From positions 302,329-366,328 of the forward strand of contig CAVXJO010000017.1 in the NCBI GenBank assembly GCA_963762125.1: a DNA stretch of 64,000 nt, given 5' to 3'. This DNA is from an uncultured Thermoleophilia bacterium (GTDB lineage: Bacteria; Actinomycetota; Thermoleophilia; UBA2241). The notes below the pieces were generated by a model. That model had not been told where the DNA came from, ran no database searches, and was given only the letters and a program-made list of their open reading frames with translations. This document shows, in pieces, positions 10,190 through 20,627 of this stretch (positions are counted from its first letter, which is position 1; every line of letters begins with the position of its first letter). The position numbers and the translations under genes were made by a program.

Positions 10190-12007
10190 CTATCTCCTGG
10201 CGGGCCCGCGGCGCCGGCGCGAGCGCCCGCCGCGGCGGGCGCTCGCGGTGTCCACCTCCGCGACGGCCGCATAGTCCTCGTCGCTCATGCGCTGCGGGCC
10301 GCGCCGGTCCACGGCCGGCCACGTGAGCGCTCCCGGCGACAGCCCGCGCTCGTGGAGCGTGTGCGCGAGGACGCCGGCGGTCGAGAAGAAGAGCGCCGCG
10401 AGCAGCACGGCGATGGCGGGGATCGTGCGGTTCTCGAAGAGCAGGAAGAAATACCACCAGACCTTCCAGCCCAGATCCAGTTGCTGGGCGTAGTAGATGA
10501 GCGGTACCGGCACCATCAGCAGTCCGAGATAGACCGGGACGATCGAGCGCGCCCAGCCGCCGGGCCGTGCGAGCGGCCACAGGATGGCGCCCGGCAGCAC
10601 CAGCAGCACCGTGAACGGGTCGATCAGCAGCAGCAGCAGGGCGATGACCGCGAGGAGCAGGTGCGAGACGAAGATCGTGGCGCGGGCGTCCGTGGCGATG
10701 CGCCGTTCCAGGCGCCGTTCGACTGCCACGGCGTAGGCGTAGGCGAGCAGCATGAGGGCGAGGAGGATGATCACGCGCAGATAGCGCGGTGTGTCCGCGA
10801 GCCGCGAGCCCGGAGGTATCACCGCGTCGGGGCTGTGTGGCAGCAGGCCGACGAGGTTGGCGAAGTAGACGATGGCGATGAGGACGAGCCACGGGGCGAG
10901 ATGCAGGCCGGCGCGCACGAAGGCGGGGCGCAGGCGGATGCCACCGCGCCGGCAGTGGGCGAAGAGGTCCACGGTGACGGCGACGAGCGGCAGGAGCAGG
11001 GCGGCGAGGATGGCTGCGAGCGCGCCGCCCGGCAGCGTCGCCTTGTGCGTCAGGAAGATGGTGCCACCGCTCGGCGCGCCCGGCTCGTTGGTCCCGTCGA
11101 CGGCCATGACCATGTTCAGCGCGGTCGTGCCCACCTTGGCCAAGGTCTCTTTGGAGACGGCGTCGAGCGTGTCGTTGCGAGCGGGGGCAGAGGGGCCGGC
11201 GGCGGACACGGTGATGGCCGGCACGCCTTTGGCGACGAACGGTCCCTGGCCGCCGGCGCCGGTGGGAACGGCGAGACGCAGCACCTGCGCCGCCACGGTC
11301 GGCAGCATCGCGTCCAGGTTGGAATCGCGCTTGGCGGCCGGCGCCGAGAGTAGCCAGAGCCACGGTGGCGCGGTCTTGGGCTCCGGGCTCCAGCCGTTGA
11401 GGCCTATGCCGTGGCTGTCGCGCTTGGCCACATCGTGGAGGGCGATCGCCGCGTAGAGATCGTCCGTCTGGTGGACGTCGGCGAAGTCGTGCGCGCCGAG
11501 GGCGCCGAACGCATCGCCGGTGGTGCAGAGGAAGATGAGCGTATGCTCGTGGGCGGTGACGGTGAACGACTGGGCGAGGCCGAGCATCGCGGCGACGCCC
11601 GATGCGTTGTCGCCGGCGCCCTGTGTGGCCAACGGCGAGATGTCACGGTTCGCCAGGACCATGATCGTGCCCTGCTTTCGCCCCTTGGAGACGGCCCAGA
11701 CGTTCTGCAGCGCGACACCCTTGCCATTCACGGTGGCCGCGAAGCCGTCGATGTGGGTCTCCATCCCCATCGCTCGGAACTGCTGCTCGACCCAGATGCC
11801 CATACGGTTGTCCGGATCCGTTCCGGCGACGCGCTGGGGAAAGTCCTTGACGATCGTCACAAGGTCGGCGTACGCAGCGTCGCCGTCGAACGACGGAGGT
11901 TCCTGGCTGAGCTTGGGGGTGTCCGCGTTCCCGAGGGTGAACAGGGCCGCGATGACGAGTACGGCCGCGACCACCCAGGCCACTCGGTAGACCTTCAGGT
12001 TGGGCAG
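10190..12007 (-). CDS. M28 peptidase-fold extracellular domain fused to a multi-pass membrane domain; metal ligands degenerate
   Basis: FPQRVAGT, QNVWAV, GAGDNASGVAAML; many C-terminal TM helices; probable CTG start 6 nt after AGGAGG. Confidence 0.72.
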   Translation of the reverse strand: MPNLKVYRVAWVVAAVLVIAALFTLGNADTPKLSQEPPSFDGDAAYADLVTIVKDFPQRVAGTDPDNRMGIWVEQQFRAMGMETHIDGFAATVNGKGVALQNVWAVSKGRKQGTIMVLANRDISPLATQGAGDNASGVAAMLGLAQSFTVTAHEHTLIFLCTTGDAFGALGAHDFADVHQTDDLYAAIALHDVAKRDSHGIGLNGWSPEPKTAPPWLWLLSAPAAKRDSNLDAMLPTVAAQVLRLAVPTGAGGQGPFVAKGVPAITVSAAGPSAPARNDTLDAVSKETLAKVGTTALNMVMAVDGTNEPGAPSGGTIFLTHKATLPGGALAAILAALLLPLVAVTVDLFAHCRRGGIRLRPAFVRAGLHLAPWLVLIAIVYFANLVGLLPHSPDAVIPPGSRLADTPRYLRVIILLALMLLAYAYAVAVERRLERRIATDARATIFVSHLLLAVIALLLLLIDPFTVLLVLPGAILWPLARPGGWARSIVPVYLGLLMVPVPLIYYAQQLDLGWKVWWYFFLLFENRTIPAIAVLLAALFFSTAGVLAHTLHERGLSPGALTWPAVDRRGPQRMSDEDYAAVAEVDTASARRGGRSRRRRGPARR

Positions 12008-12130
12008 GGGAGACCTCCTCGGGCGTGCCCGGCATCCTATCAGATGGCACGTACCATGAGCCCCTGCAGCCGGGCGTCTGGCCCGGGCGGGCCGGGAGCC
12101 GCCACGGGTGCGGGCGGGTATGATGGCTCC

Positions 12131-12835
12131 ATGCCCGGACCCGCCCGCATCCTCGTCGTCGAAGACGAGGCCCGCATCGCCGAGGTCGTGCAGAGCTACC
12201 TCGAGGGACAGGGGCACACGGTCGACCGGGCGGCGACGGGCGAGGAGGCTCTCGCCGCTGCCGCAAGCCGCCGGCCGGACCTGGTGGTCCTGGACCTCGG
12301 CCTGCCGGGCATGTCTGGTGAGGAGGTCTGCCGCCGTCTGCGCGCCGACTCCGACGTGCCGATCATCATGCTGACGGCCAGGGACGCGGAAGAAGACCTC
12401 GTGCATGGGCTACAGCTCGGCGCCGACGACTACATCACCAAGCCGTTCAGCCCTCGGGAGTTGACGGCGCGTGTGCGGGCGCTGCTGCGGCGCGCCCGCC
12501 CGGACGAAGTGCCCCAGGCGGACGTGCTCGAGCGAGCCGGCGGCCGGCTGGTCATCGACAGCGCCCGGCGGCGCGTCACTCTGGACGGGGAGCTCGTGGA
12601 GCTGACCGAGTCGGAGTTCCGTCTGCTCCAGGCGCTCGCTCGATTCCCCGGCCGCGTGTACACGCGGTCGGAGCTGGTGGAGCGGCTGCAGGGCATGGAG
12701 TTCGAGCCGTATGAGCGCACCATCGACGCGCACATCAAGAACCTGCGCCGCAAGCTGGGCGACGATGCTCGCGCGCCGCGGCTCGTCGTCACGGTGTACG
12801 GCCGCGGCTACGCCTTCGCGGAGGACCAGCGGTGA
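12131..12835 (+). CDS. OmpR-family response regulator
   Basis: ILVVEDE, LDLGLP, MLTAR, GADDYITKPF, RTIDAHIKNLRRKL; TATGAT 6 nt before ATG. Confidence 0.93.
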   Translation: MPGPARILVVEDEARIAEVVQSYLEGQGHTVDRAATGEEALAAAASRRPDLVVLDLGLPGMSGEEVCRRLRADSDVPIIMLTARDAEEDLVHGLQLGADDYITKPFSPRELTARVRALLRRARPDEVPQADVLERAGGRLVIDSARRRVTLDGELVELTESEFRLLQALARFPGRVYTRSELVERLQGMEFEPYERTIDAHIKNLRRKLGDDARAPRLVVTVYGRGYAFAEDQR

Positions 12836-14310
12836 AGCGTGGCCTGCGCTTCCGGCTTGCGCTCACGCACCTGGCCGTCGCGGTGCTCGCCATCGTCGCC
12901 GTCGGTCTGATCGTCACCTACGCCGGCTCGCGGCGCTTCGACAGCTATCTGCAGCAGGTGCAGACCAAGCGCAATGCCGCCGTGGTCAGCTCGCTCGAGT
13001 CCACGTACAAGCCTCCAGATGGATGGGACGCCACCGCCATCTACGCGCTCAGCCAGGTGGCGATGTTCAACAACGTCGACGTGGCCGTGTACGACACGGA
13101 CGGGCAGCTTCAGTTCACCGTCCAGGGACGGCACATGGGCCCCGGGATGATGGGCGGCCAGGGCATGATGGGCGGCGGTGGGATCGGCGCCGCGAACGGC
13201 CCCGCATCCGCGTCGCCGCAGGCGACGCCGTTCAGCAGCGGCGACTTCACCGTGCAGAGTACGCCGATCGTGGTCGACGGCCAGGAGGTCGCCACGGCGG
13301 AGATCTACGCGCCCAAAGGTGCGCGCGCCGCCGCCGAGGACGCGTACCAGAGTGCGCTCACGCGCAACCTCATCATCGCCGCGGCGATCGCCGGGGTGCT
13401 GGCGCTGCTCGTCAGCCTGCTCGTGAGCCGGCGCATCACAGGCCCGCTCGAGGAGCTCACCGATGCGGCGGGCGATGTCTCGGCCGGCAACCTGGACGTA
13501 CGCGTGGCGCCGCGCGGCGACGACGAGGTCGCGGCGCTGGCGGCCGCGTTCAACTCCATGGCCGACCGGCTCGCGCGTGACGAGCAGTGGCGCCGCGACA
13601 TGACAAGTGACCTCTCACACGAGTTGCGCACTCCGCTGGCCACGATCCAGTCGAGGGTAGAGGCGCTCGAGGACGGCGTCCTGCCGGCGACCCCCGAGAA
13701 CCTGCGCGTGATCGGCGAGGAAGTCGAGCGGCTCGGGCGCCTGCTCGGTGCGCTGCGCAGCCTCAACGAGCTCGAGAGCGAGGACCTGAGCGTCCAGCAC
13801 GAGCCTGTGGACCTGGCGGACGTCGCCGCCGGCGCCGCGGACAGGCACCGTCCGGCTTTCCTGGCCAAGGGAGTCGAGCTGACCGAAGACCTGCGGCCGG
13901 CGGTGGTGCTGGGCGACCGCGACCGCTTGCTGCAGGTGGTCGCCAATCTCCTCGACAACGCGCTCAAGTTCACGCCCGCCGGCGGCCACGTGACGGTCGC
14001 GATCGGACCAAGCCCCGAGGCGAGCAAAGGTGCAGCCGGCCATGGCGGCGCCCTCGCCGGCCCGGCAGGCGCGTCGGTGCGCCTCACGGTGACCGACGAC
14101 GGCCCCGGCGTGGACCCCGTCGACCTGCCGTTCGTCTTCGATCGCTTCTACCGGGCGCAGGTCGCGCGCGGGACTTCCGGCGCCGGGCTCGGCCTCGCCA
14201 TCTGCCGTGCGCTCGTGGAGGCCCAGGGCGGATCGATCGCCGTCGGCGAGGCCCCGGGCGGCGGCGCTCGTTTCACCGTGCTGCTGCCGTCCGCCGGCAG
14301 TCGTACCTGA
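12832..14310 (+). CDS. HAMP-domain sensor histidine kinase (BaeS-like)
   Basis: Two TM helices, HAMP, SHELRTPL, NLLDNALKF, DDGPG, FDRFYR, GAGLGL. Confidence 0.93.
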   Translation: MKRGLRFRLALTHLAVAVLAIVAVGLIVTYAGSRRFDSYLQQVQTKRNAAVVSSLESTYKPPDGWDATAIYALSQVAMFNNVDVAVYDTDGQLQFTVQGRHMGPGMMGGQGMMGGGGIGAANGPASASPQATPFSSGDFTVQSTPIVVDGQEVATAEIYAPKGARAAAEDAYQSALTRNLIIAAAIAGVLALLVSLLVSRRITGPLEELTDAAGDVSAGNLDVRVAPRGDDEVAALAAAFNSMADRLARDEQWRRDMTSDLSHELRTPLATIQSRVEALEDGVLPATPENLRVIGEEVERLGRLLGALRSLNELESEDLSVQHEPVDLADVAAGAADRHRPAFLAKGVELTEDLRPAVVLGDRDRLLQVVANLLDNALKFTPAGGHVTVAIGPSPEASKGAAGHGGALAGPAGASVRLTVTDDGPGVDPVDLPFVFDRFYRAQVARGTSGAGLGLAICRALVEAQGGSIAVGEAPGGGARFTVLLPSAGSRT

Positions 14311-14318
14311 CCCGGCGG

Positions 14319-15089
14319 ATGGACGCTCGCGTCCGGCCCTCGCGCGAGCCGCTGCTGCTCGCCTGTGACCTGGATGGCACACTGCTCGACTATCAGGCCA
14401 CGCCCGTCCTCGGTGTCGGCGAGGTTCTCGGTGAGCTCATCGCTGCCGGCGCCCTGTTCGTCGTCGTCACCGGGCGGCCGATGCAGTCGGCGCGGCGGGC
14501 GACGTCCGCTCTCGGCGTGGAACCGGTCATTTTCGCCTGCTTCCACGGCGCCCTCATCGTGGAGGCGGACGGCACGCCGATCCGCCAGGTCCCCGTGCCG
14601 TCGGGCCCCGCCCGCGCCGTCGCCGCCGTCGCGCTGGCGGGCGGCGCCGGCGTCACCGTCTGGGATGTGGACGAGCCGCGGGAACTCGAGGCGGGCGCGG
14701 GTCCGGGGGACGAGCCGGGGGACGAGGTCAGCCGGCTTGTGTTTCACGGCGATCCGCTCGTCATCGCGCGGCTGCTCGAAAGGCTGCGGCCAACGTGGAC
14801 CGGGCGGCTGCGGATCGAGCAGATCCGCCCCGGCTACCTCGGCGTCTTCGCGCCTGAGGTGGACAAGGGCGAGGCCCTGCGGCTCGTCGCCGGCCGCCTC
14901 GCGGTGCCGCTGGCGCGCACGGTCGCCTGCGGCGACGGGGCGGCGGACGAGACGCTGCTCGCGGCGGCGGCGGTGCGCATCGCGGTGGGCGAGCCGCCGC
15001 ACGTGCTCGGGCATCTGCCGGAGGTCGTCGTCAGCAGCTGGGCGCGGCTTCCGGAGACTCTGCGCGCCCGGGTCCTGCCGCTGCTCTAG
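14319..15089 (+). CDS. HAD-superfamily (Cof-like) hydrolase
   Basis: DLDGTLL, VTGR, VDKG, GDGAAD motifs. Confidence 0.82.
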   Translation: MDARVRPSREPLLLACDLDGTLLDYQATPVLGVGEVLGELIAAGALFVVVTGRPMQSARRATSALGVEPVIFACFHGALIVEADGTPIRQVPVPSGPARAVAAVALAGGAGVTVWDVDEPRELEAGAGPGDEPGDEVSRLVFHGDPLVIARLLERLRPTWTGRLRIEQIRPGYLGVFAPEVDKGEALRLVAGRLAVPLARTVACGDGAADETLLAAAAVRIAVGEPPHVLGHLPEVVVSSWARLPETLRARVLPLL

Positions 15090-15143
15090 TCTCCCCCACA
15101 GCCGCGCCCTGCTGCCGCCAAGCCTCTGCTGCCACCCGTACGT

Positions 15144-15184
15144 GCGAGAGGGCGGCGGGGCCGTGCGCCCCGCCGCCCTCTCGC
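15144..15184. terminator. Perfect 18-bp hairpin between convergent genes
   Basis: GCGAGAGGGCGGCGGGGC-cgtgc-GCCCCGCCGCCCTCTCGC. Confidence 0.78.
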
Positions 15185-15208
15185 GGCTTCACCGTCGGTG
15201 CGGCGGCG

Positions 15209-16570
15209 TCACACCTGCGGCAACCTGGCGATCGAGGCGGCGATCGCCTCCTCGGGATGGTCGTAGTCTTCGAGTTCCCCGGAGAGATAGCGGTCGTAGG
15301 AACCGAGGTCGAGAAGACCGTGGCCGGTGAGGTTGAACAGGATGTTTCTGCTCACGCCCTCTTCCTTCGCCTTCAGCGCTTCGTTGATCGCGGCCAGGAT
15401 GGCATGCGCGCTCTCGGGCGCCGGCACGATGGCCTCCGTCTTGACGAAGAGCTGAGCGGCCTCGAAGACCTTGGTCTGCGGCACGGCGACCGCCTCCATG
15501 AGGCCGAGCTCATAGACGTGGCTGAGCAGCGGGGCCATGGCGTGGTAGCGCAGTCCGCCGGCGTGGATTCCGGGGGGCATGTAGTCGTGGCCGAGCGTGT
15601 ACATCTTGAACAGCGGCGTGGTCTGCGCCTCGTCGCCGAAGTCGTAGCGGAACTGACCCTTGGTGAGGGACGGGCAGGCAGTCGGCTCGACGGCGACCAG
15701 GCGTGTGTTCGTCTTGCCCGCGAGGTTCTCGCGCAGGAAGGGGAACGCCAGCCCACCGAAGCTCGAGCCGCCGCCGACGCAGCCGACCACGACGTCCGGG
15801 TAGGCCTCGGCGTCCTGGCTCTGCAGGATCGCCTCCTCACCGATGATCGTCTGGTGCAGGAGGACGTGGTTGGTCACGCTGCCCAGAGCGTACTTGGAAC
15901 CGGGATGGGTCACGGCGTCCTCGACGGCCTCACTGATGGCGATGCCGAGGCTGCCCAGCGAGTCCGGGTCTTCGGCCAGGACCGCGCGACCGGCGTTGGT
16001 CTGGTCGCTCGGGCTGGGGATCACGGTACCGCCCCACAGCTGCATCATGCTGCGCCGGTAGGGCTTCTGGTGGTAGCTGACCTTGACCATGTAGACCATG
16101 CACTCGAGGTCGAACATCTGGCAGGCCATGCTGAGGGCGCTGCCCCACTGGCCGGCGCCGGTCTCGGTGGCCAGGCGCGTGGTGCCATCGAGCTTGTTGT
16201 AGTACGCCTGCGCGACCGCCGTGTTGCTCTTGTGTGAGCCGGCCGGGCTGACGCCCTCGTGCTTGAAGAAGATCTTGGCCGGCGTGTCGAGCGCCTTCTC
16301 GAGGCCTGTCGCGCGGATGAGCGGCGTCGGCCTCCAGATGCGGTAGATCTGGTGGATCTCCTCAGGGATCTCGATGTAGCGCTCTGCAGAGACCTCCTGC
16401 GCGATGATGCTCGGCGGGAAGATCGGCGACAGATCGTCGGGGCCCGCCGGTTGCAGGGTCGCGGGGTTGAGTGGCGGCGGCGGCGGCGCGGGGAGGTCGG
16501 GCACGATGTTGTACCAGGCCTTGGGGATCCTCTCTTCGTCAAGGACGAACTTCTTCTTGTACTCGCTCAT
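15209..16570 (-). CDS. trpB2: TrpB2 (stand-alone tryptophan synthase beta-like PLP enzyme)
   Basis: [48 protein letters not shown]. Confidence 0.92.
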   Translation of the reverse strand: MSEYKKKFVLDEERIPKAWYNIVPDLPAPPPPPLNPATLQPAGPDDLSPIFPPSIIAQEVSAERYIEIPEEIHQIYRIWRPTPLIRATGLEKALDTPAKIFFKHEGVSPAGSHKSNTAVAQAYYNKLDGTTRLATETGAGQWGSALSMACQMFDLECMVYMVKVSYHQKPYRRSMMQLWGGTVIPSPSDQTNAGRAVLAEDPDSLGSLGIAISEAVEDAVTHPGSKYALGSVTNHVLLHQTIIGEEAILQSQDAEAYPDVVVGCVGGGSSFGGLAFPFLRENLAGKTNTRLVAVEPTACPSLTKGQFRYDFGDEAQTTPLFKMYTLGHDYMPPGIHAGGLRYHAMAPLLSHVYELGLMEAVAVPQTKVFEAAQLFVKTEAIVPAPESAHAILAAINEALKAKEEGVSRNILFNLTGHGLLDLGSYDRYLSGELEDYDHPEEAIAASIARLPQV

Positions 16571-16720
16571 GACCTACCTCGTCTCGAATGACGCCTGGGC
16601 TGACGGCGTGGTTCTGGCCGAAGCTGCACTGATCCTGCGCTCCGTGTCCAAGGACGGGACGACCGCTGGAATGCGGTCAGGGATGCGGGCAGGGCCCGCG
16701 CGGGTGTCAGGATAGGCGCG

Positions 16721-16846
16721 CTACGCGCGCCAGGCCCAGCGACGCCGATTGGCGCAGGAGGTGCTGCCGCTGCGTTTGGTGGACGGTGCGGCTGCGCTGT
16801 CCCGTCCCGAAGCGTTCCTGCGTCGGCTTGTGTCGTGGGTCGTCAT
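16721..16846 (-). CDS. Putative Trp leader peptide (41 aa, ending RRRWAWRA*)
   Basis: Hand-translated; two TGG codons just before the stop; 150 nt upstream of trpB2; extended -10 TGaTAGCAT (hexamer at 16857-16862). Confidence 0.65.
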   Translation of the reverse strand: MTTHDTSRRRNASGRDSAAAPSTKRSGSTSCANRRRWAWRA

Positions 16847-16927
16847 CGTGCGCGGGATGCTATCACACCGGTCTGGCGGCCGCCAGGGTCCTCGGCCTCA
16901 GCGAAAAGCGCCGCGAGGTCGCTGTGC

Positions 16928-18586
16928 TCACTTGGGCGTCACCGCTTCGAGCGGCGGATAGGTCTCTCGCAGCGGCTGGTCAGAGCCCGGAAGGCCGAAG
17001 AGGAAGCCCTGCCCGTGAGGGACGCCGAGCTCCTGCAGAGTGTCGAGTTGCTTGCGCGTCTCGATGCCCTCGGCGATGAGCGTGATGGCGGCCTCGCGGC
17101 AGAAATCGCGCAGCGTGCGCACGAGACGTTGCTTGACGATCGATGTATCCACGCCGCGGATGAGGGACATGTCGAGCTTGATGAAGTCCGGCTCGATCTC
17201 GACCATGGTCTGCAGGCCGGCGTAACCGGCGCCGGCGTCGTCGATGGCCACCCGGAAGCCGTGCGCGCGCAGCTTGCGCACGATGTCGCGCATACGGTCG
17301 AAGTCGTCGATCACCGTGTTCTCCGTGATCTCGATCACCGTCAGACCGCGGAGCGACGAGGGCGTCACCTCGACGAACTCCTGCACGAAGTCGTCGCCGT
17401 GAGAGTGCAGGAACATGGTCAGCGGTTCGGTGTTCACGAAGCGCAGGCAGCCCAGAGGCAGATCTTCGCCGGCTCGCGACGCGGTGCGCCGGCAAAGCCG
17501 GTCCAGCTCGGTCACGCGGCCTTCGTTGCGCGCGATATCGAAGAGCGCGTCCGGCAGGTGGAGCTCGCTCTCTCGCGGGCCGCGTGACAGCAGCTCGAAG
17601 CCGATCGCCGCGAAGTCCCTGAGGCTGACGATCGGCTGGAACACGCAGGTCAGCTGCTCTCCCGCCATCACCGTCTCGAACTCCACGCGGAGGCGGGAGC
17701 GGATCTCGTCGCGCTCCGCCTCGATCGACTTGGTGGCGCGCGCGATGGCGTCCAGCAGCGCGCGCCGGAAGCGGATCTTGGGCGATTGCGTCAGCCGTGA
17801 CGAGCCGACGAACAGGTCGATACTGGCGAGCAGGCGGCTCTCCAGCTCGGTCTCGAGCCGTGAGAGCAGGTCCTTCTCGAGGCGCTGCTTGACCATGAGC
17901 AGGTCCTCCTCGGCGATGAAGCCGGTGTGCCGGGAGGGCGAAAGGACGACGAGAAACGCGTCACCGAGGCTGGAGACGGAGACGAAGTCCTCGCCACGGA
18001 TCAGGTCACCGCGCGCCTGCTCCAATCCCTGACCGACGACGCGATAGACGTCGTCGACGACCTCGAACCCCTGCAGTTGCTCGAGTGCTTGCACGCCGGC
18101 GACGTTCACGTAGATCACGCCCAGCTGGCCGTGGTCCGACAGCATGCGCTGCAACTCGACCTGGACGTTCGCCAGCGTCGGCAGTCCGGTGATGTCGTCG
18201 CGGTACACGCGCGCGTCGCGCAGGACGTCCGAGATCGTGCGCAGCAGGTGATCGGATCGGAAGGGCTTGGTCACGTAGGCAGAGGCACCGGAGCGGTTGG
18301 CCTCCATCATGTGGGCGAGCTCCGTCCTTGCGGTGAGGAACACGACCGGGATGTCTTTGGTGTAGCCGAACTGAAGCTCGCGACACACCTGGTGGCCGTC
18401 CATGCCCGGCATGGTCACGTCGAGGAGGATGAGGTGCGGGTGAGTGGTGAAGGCGATCTCGAGGCCCTGCTCGCCGCTGGTCGCGGTGGACACCTCGTAG
18501 CCGTTCGCGGAGAGGACGGCGGCGACGGACGTCGTCAAGTCGTCATCGTCGTCGATCACCAGTATGCGGAGTCTCTCGTCCGGCAT
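16928..18586 (-). CDS. REC - degenerate GGDEF - EAL c-di-GMP phosphodiesterase (start uncertain, 18586-18637)
   Basis: ILVIDDD, LDVTMP, YVTKPF; DDITGLP but no GGDEF; FQPIV, ELLSR, IEITE, DDAGAGY, IKLD, AEGIE, QGF. Confidence 0.87.
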   Translation of the reverse strand: MPDERLRILVIDDDDDLTTSVAAVLSANGYEVSTATSGEQGLEIAFTTHPHLILLDVTMPGMDGHQVCRELQFGYTKDIPVVFLTARTELAHMMEANRSGASAYVTKPFRSDHLLRTISDVLRDARVYRDDITGLPTLANVQVELQRMLSDHGQLGVIYVNVAGVQALEQLQGFEVVDDVYRVVGQGLEQARGDLIRGEDFVSVSSLGDAFLVVLSPSRHTGFIAEEDLLMVKQRLEKDLLSRLETELESRLLASIDLFVGSSRLTQSPKIRFRRALLDAIARATKSIEAERDEIRSRLRVEFETVMAGEQLTCVFQPIVSLRDFAAIGFELLSRGPRESELHLPDALFDIARNEGRVTELDRLCRRTASRAGEDLPLGCLRFVNTEPLTMFLHSHGDDFVQEFVEVTPSSLRGLTVIEITENTVIDDFDRMRDIVRKLRAHGFRVAIDDAGAGYAGLQTMVEIEPDFIKLDMSLIRGVDTSIVKQRLVRTLRDFCREAAITLIAEGIETRKQLDTLQELGVPHGQGFLFGLPGSDQPLRETYPPLEAVTPK

Positions 18587-18754
18587 GCCCATCCCCCAGG
18601 GCCGGTCAACGTGGGTCACGGCAGGATGTTCGTGCACCCGCGCACGAATCCTATCGGCACGCGGCGCTTAAGGGATTAGGCGGACACTGCGCGGGCGCGG
18701 GCCCGGGCGCGATAGACTTGTCAGAGAGCCGAGTGACGAGGCGAGGAGACGATC

Positions 18755-19705
18755 ATGAAAGGCTACGGCCCTGACGGCGGGACGCGCTCGCCGCGCATCG
18801 CCGGCGTGACCACGTTCCTGCGCCTGCCGCACGTGACGCAGTTCGACGGTGCGGACGTCGCGATCGTCGGTCTTCCCTTCGAGTCGGGCCTCGCCGTACG
18901 CACAGGCGCCCGCCTTGGGCCCCGTGCGGTCCGCGAGGCCTCGCTCACCATTCATCCCGCCTACAATCCGGCGCAGCGCGTGGCCGTCTTCGAGCGGCTC
19001 TCCGTGGTCGACGCCGGTGATGTGCGCGTGGTCGCCGGCTTCACCGACCGCAGCCTCGCCGCCATGGAGGACACGCTCGCCCAGGTGCACGCCGCGGGTG
19101 GCGTGCCTCTGGGCTTCGGCGGCGACCACACGGTCACGCTCGCCGAGCTGCGGGCTGCCGCCCGGCGGTTCGGTCCCCTTGCGCTGCTGCACTTCGGCGC
19201 TCACACCGACTGCCTGGATGAGAGCGCCGGGCAGCGGCACATCCACAGCACGGTGGTCCGCCGCGCAGTGGAGGAGGGCGTCGTGGATCCCTCGTGCTCG
19301 GCCCTCCTCGGCATGCGCGGCGGCCTCGATACACCGGACGAGTACGACCAGGCGCGTGAGCTCGGCTTCACCGTGGTGCCCTGGGACGATCTGGCCCAGC
19401 TCGGCACCGGCGTGGTCGCCGCGGCGGTCGAAAAGATCGGCGAGCGGAAGGCGTTCATCACCGTCGACGCCGACTTCGTCGATCCCGGCTTCGCCCCGGC
19501 CGTCGGCACGCCGGAGGTCGGCGGCCCCAGCTCGGGACAGGCGCTCGCCCTCATCCGCGGCTGTCGCGGCCTCGACCTCGCCGGCGCCGACATCGTCGAG
19601 GTCGTGCCCGAGCTCGACAGCAGCAGCCTCACGGCGACCGTGGCGGCGACCATCGCCTACGAGCTGCTGTCGCTGATGGCCTGCTCGGGAGGGACCTGCG
19701 AGTGA
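18755..19705 (+). CDS. Agmatinase-like ureohydrolase
   Basis: TFLRLP, GARLGPRAVR, GGDH, GAHTD, DADFVDP, PAVGTPEVGG, DIVEVVP. Confidence 0.82.
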   Translation: MKGYGPDGGTRSPRIAGVTTFLRLPHVTQFDGADVAIVGLPFESGLAVRTGARLGPRAVREASLTIHPAYNPAQRVAVFERLSVVDAGDVRVVAGFTDRSLAAMEDTLAQVHAAGGVPLGFGGDHTVTLAELRAAARRFGPLALLHFGAHTDCLDESAGQRHIHSTVVRRAVEEGVVDPSCSALLGMRGGLDTPDEYDQARELGFTVVPWDDLAQLGTGVVAAAVEKIGERKAFITVDADFVDPGFAPAVGTPEVGGPSSGQALALIRGCRGLDLAGADIVEVVPELDSSSLTATVAATIAYELLSLMACSGGTCE

Positions 19706-20571
19706 GCGGCGCGCCGGAGGAGGCCGGCGGCGCGCCGGCCGCCGGCGTCCTGCGCGCCGCCTGCATCCAGCTCAACACGCGCGACGACGTGGCCGCCAAC
19801 GTGCGTGCCGCGGTCGAGCTGGTGGAGGCGGCGGCCGACCAGGGAGCCCGCCTGATCGCCCTTCCCGAGACGTGGGCCTTCAAGGGCCGCCGGGAGGGCA
19901 TCGTGGCCACCGCGGAGGCGCCCGATGGGCCGTCCAACCGCGCCCTCGCCGCCGTCGCGGCGCGGCGCGGCGTCTGGCTGCTCGCCGGGTCCATCTACGA
20001 GCCGGTGCCCGGCGGGCTCGTCGCCAACGTCTCGGCGCTCTTCGACCCCGCCGGCGTCCTGCGCGCCGTCTACCGCAAGATCCACCTCTTCGACGTCACG
20101 TCCGGGACGGTGCGCTACGAGGAATCCGAGGAAGTGGCGCCGGGCCAGGAGATCGTCACCGCCGACGTCGACACCGCGGACGGGACGCCCGTGCGGCTCG
20201 GCCTCTCGATCTGCTACGACCTGCGGTTCCCCGGCCTCTACAGCTCACTTGCGCTGCGCGGCGCGCGCATCCTCTGCGTCCCTTCGGCGTTCACCGCGCA
20301 CACCGGCGCGGCGCACTGGGAGGTGCTGCTGCGCGCCCGGGCCATCGAGAACGGCTGCTTCGTCCTCGCCCCGGACCAGGTGGGCGAGCACCTGCCGGGG
20401 CGTGACTGCTTCGGCCACAGCATGATCGTCGACCCGTGGGGCGTCGTACTGGCGCAGGTCGAGAGCGGCGTCGGGATCTGCGTCGCCGATCTGGACCTCG
20501 CGCGGCTCGACGCGGTGCGCGCGCAGATCCCGTCGCTGGAGCATCGTCGGCCGGACGTCTACGACCGCTGA
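19702..20571 (+). CDS. Carbon-nitrogen hydrolase (Nit1-like)
   Basis: [43 protein letters not shown]. Confidence 0.9.
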   Translation: MSGAPEEAGGAPAAGVLRAACIQLNTRDDVAANVRAAVELVEAAADQGARLIALPETWAFKGRREGIVATAEAPDGPSNRALAAVAARRGVWLLAGSIYEPVPGGLVANVSALFDPAGVLRAVYRKIHLFDVTSGTVRYEESEEVAPGQEIVTADVDTADGTPVRLGLSICYDLRFPGLYSSLALRGARILCVPSAFTAHTGAAHWEVLLRARAIENGCFVLAPDQVGEHLPGRDCFGHSMIVDPWGVVLAQVESGVGICVADLDLARLDAVRAQIPSLEHRRPDVYDR

Positions 20572-20627
20572 CGCGCGGCGCGCCGGCTGCGTACACCGAT
20601 CAGTCCGGAAGGACGCGGCCGGCGCGG

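Noticed and set aside
16928-18586. Diguanylate cyclase activity
   Set aside because: The GGDEF position reads SLGDA; only the EAL domain looks catalytic, a common arrangement.
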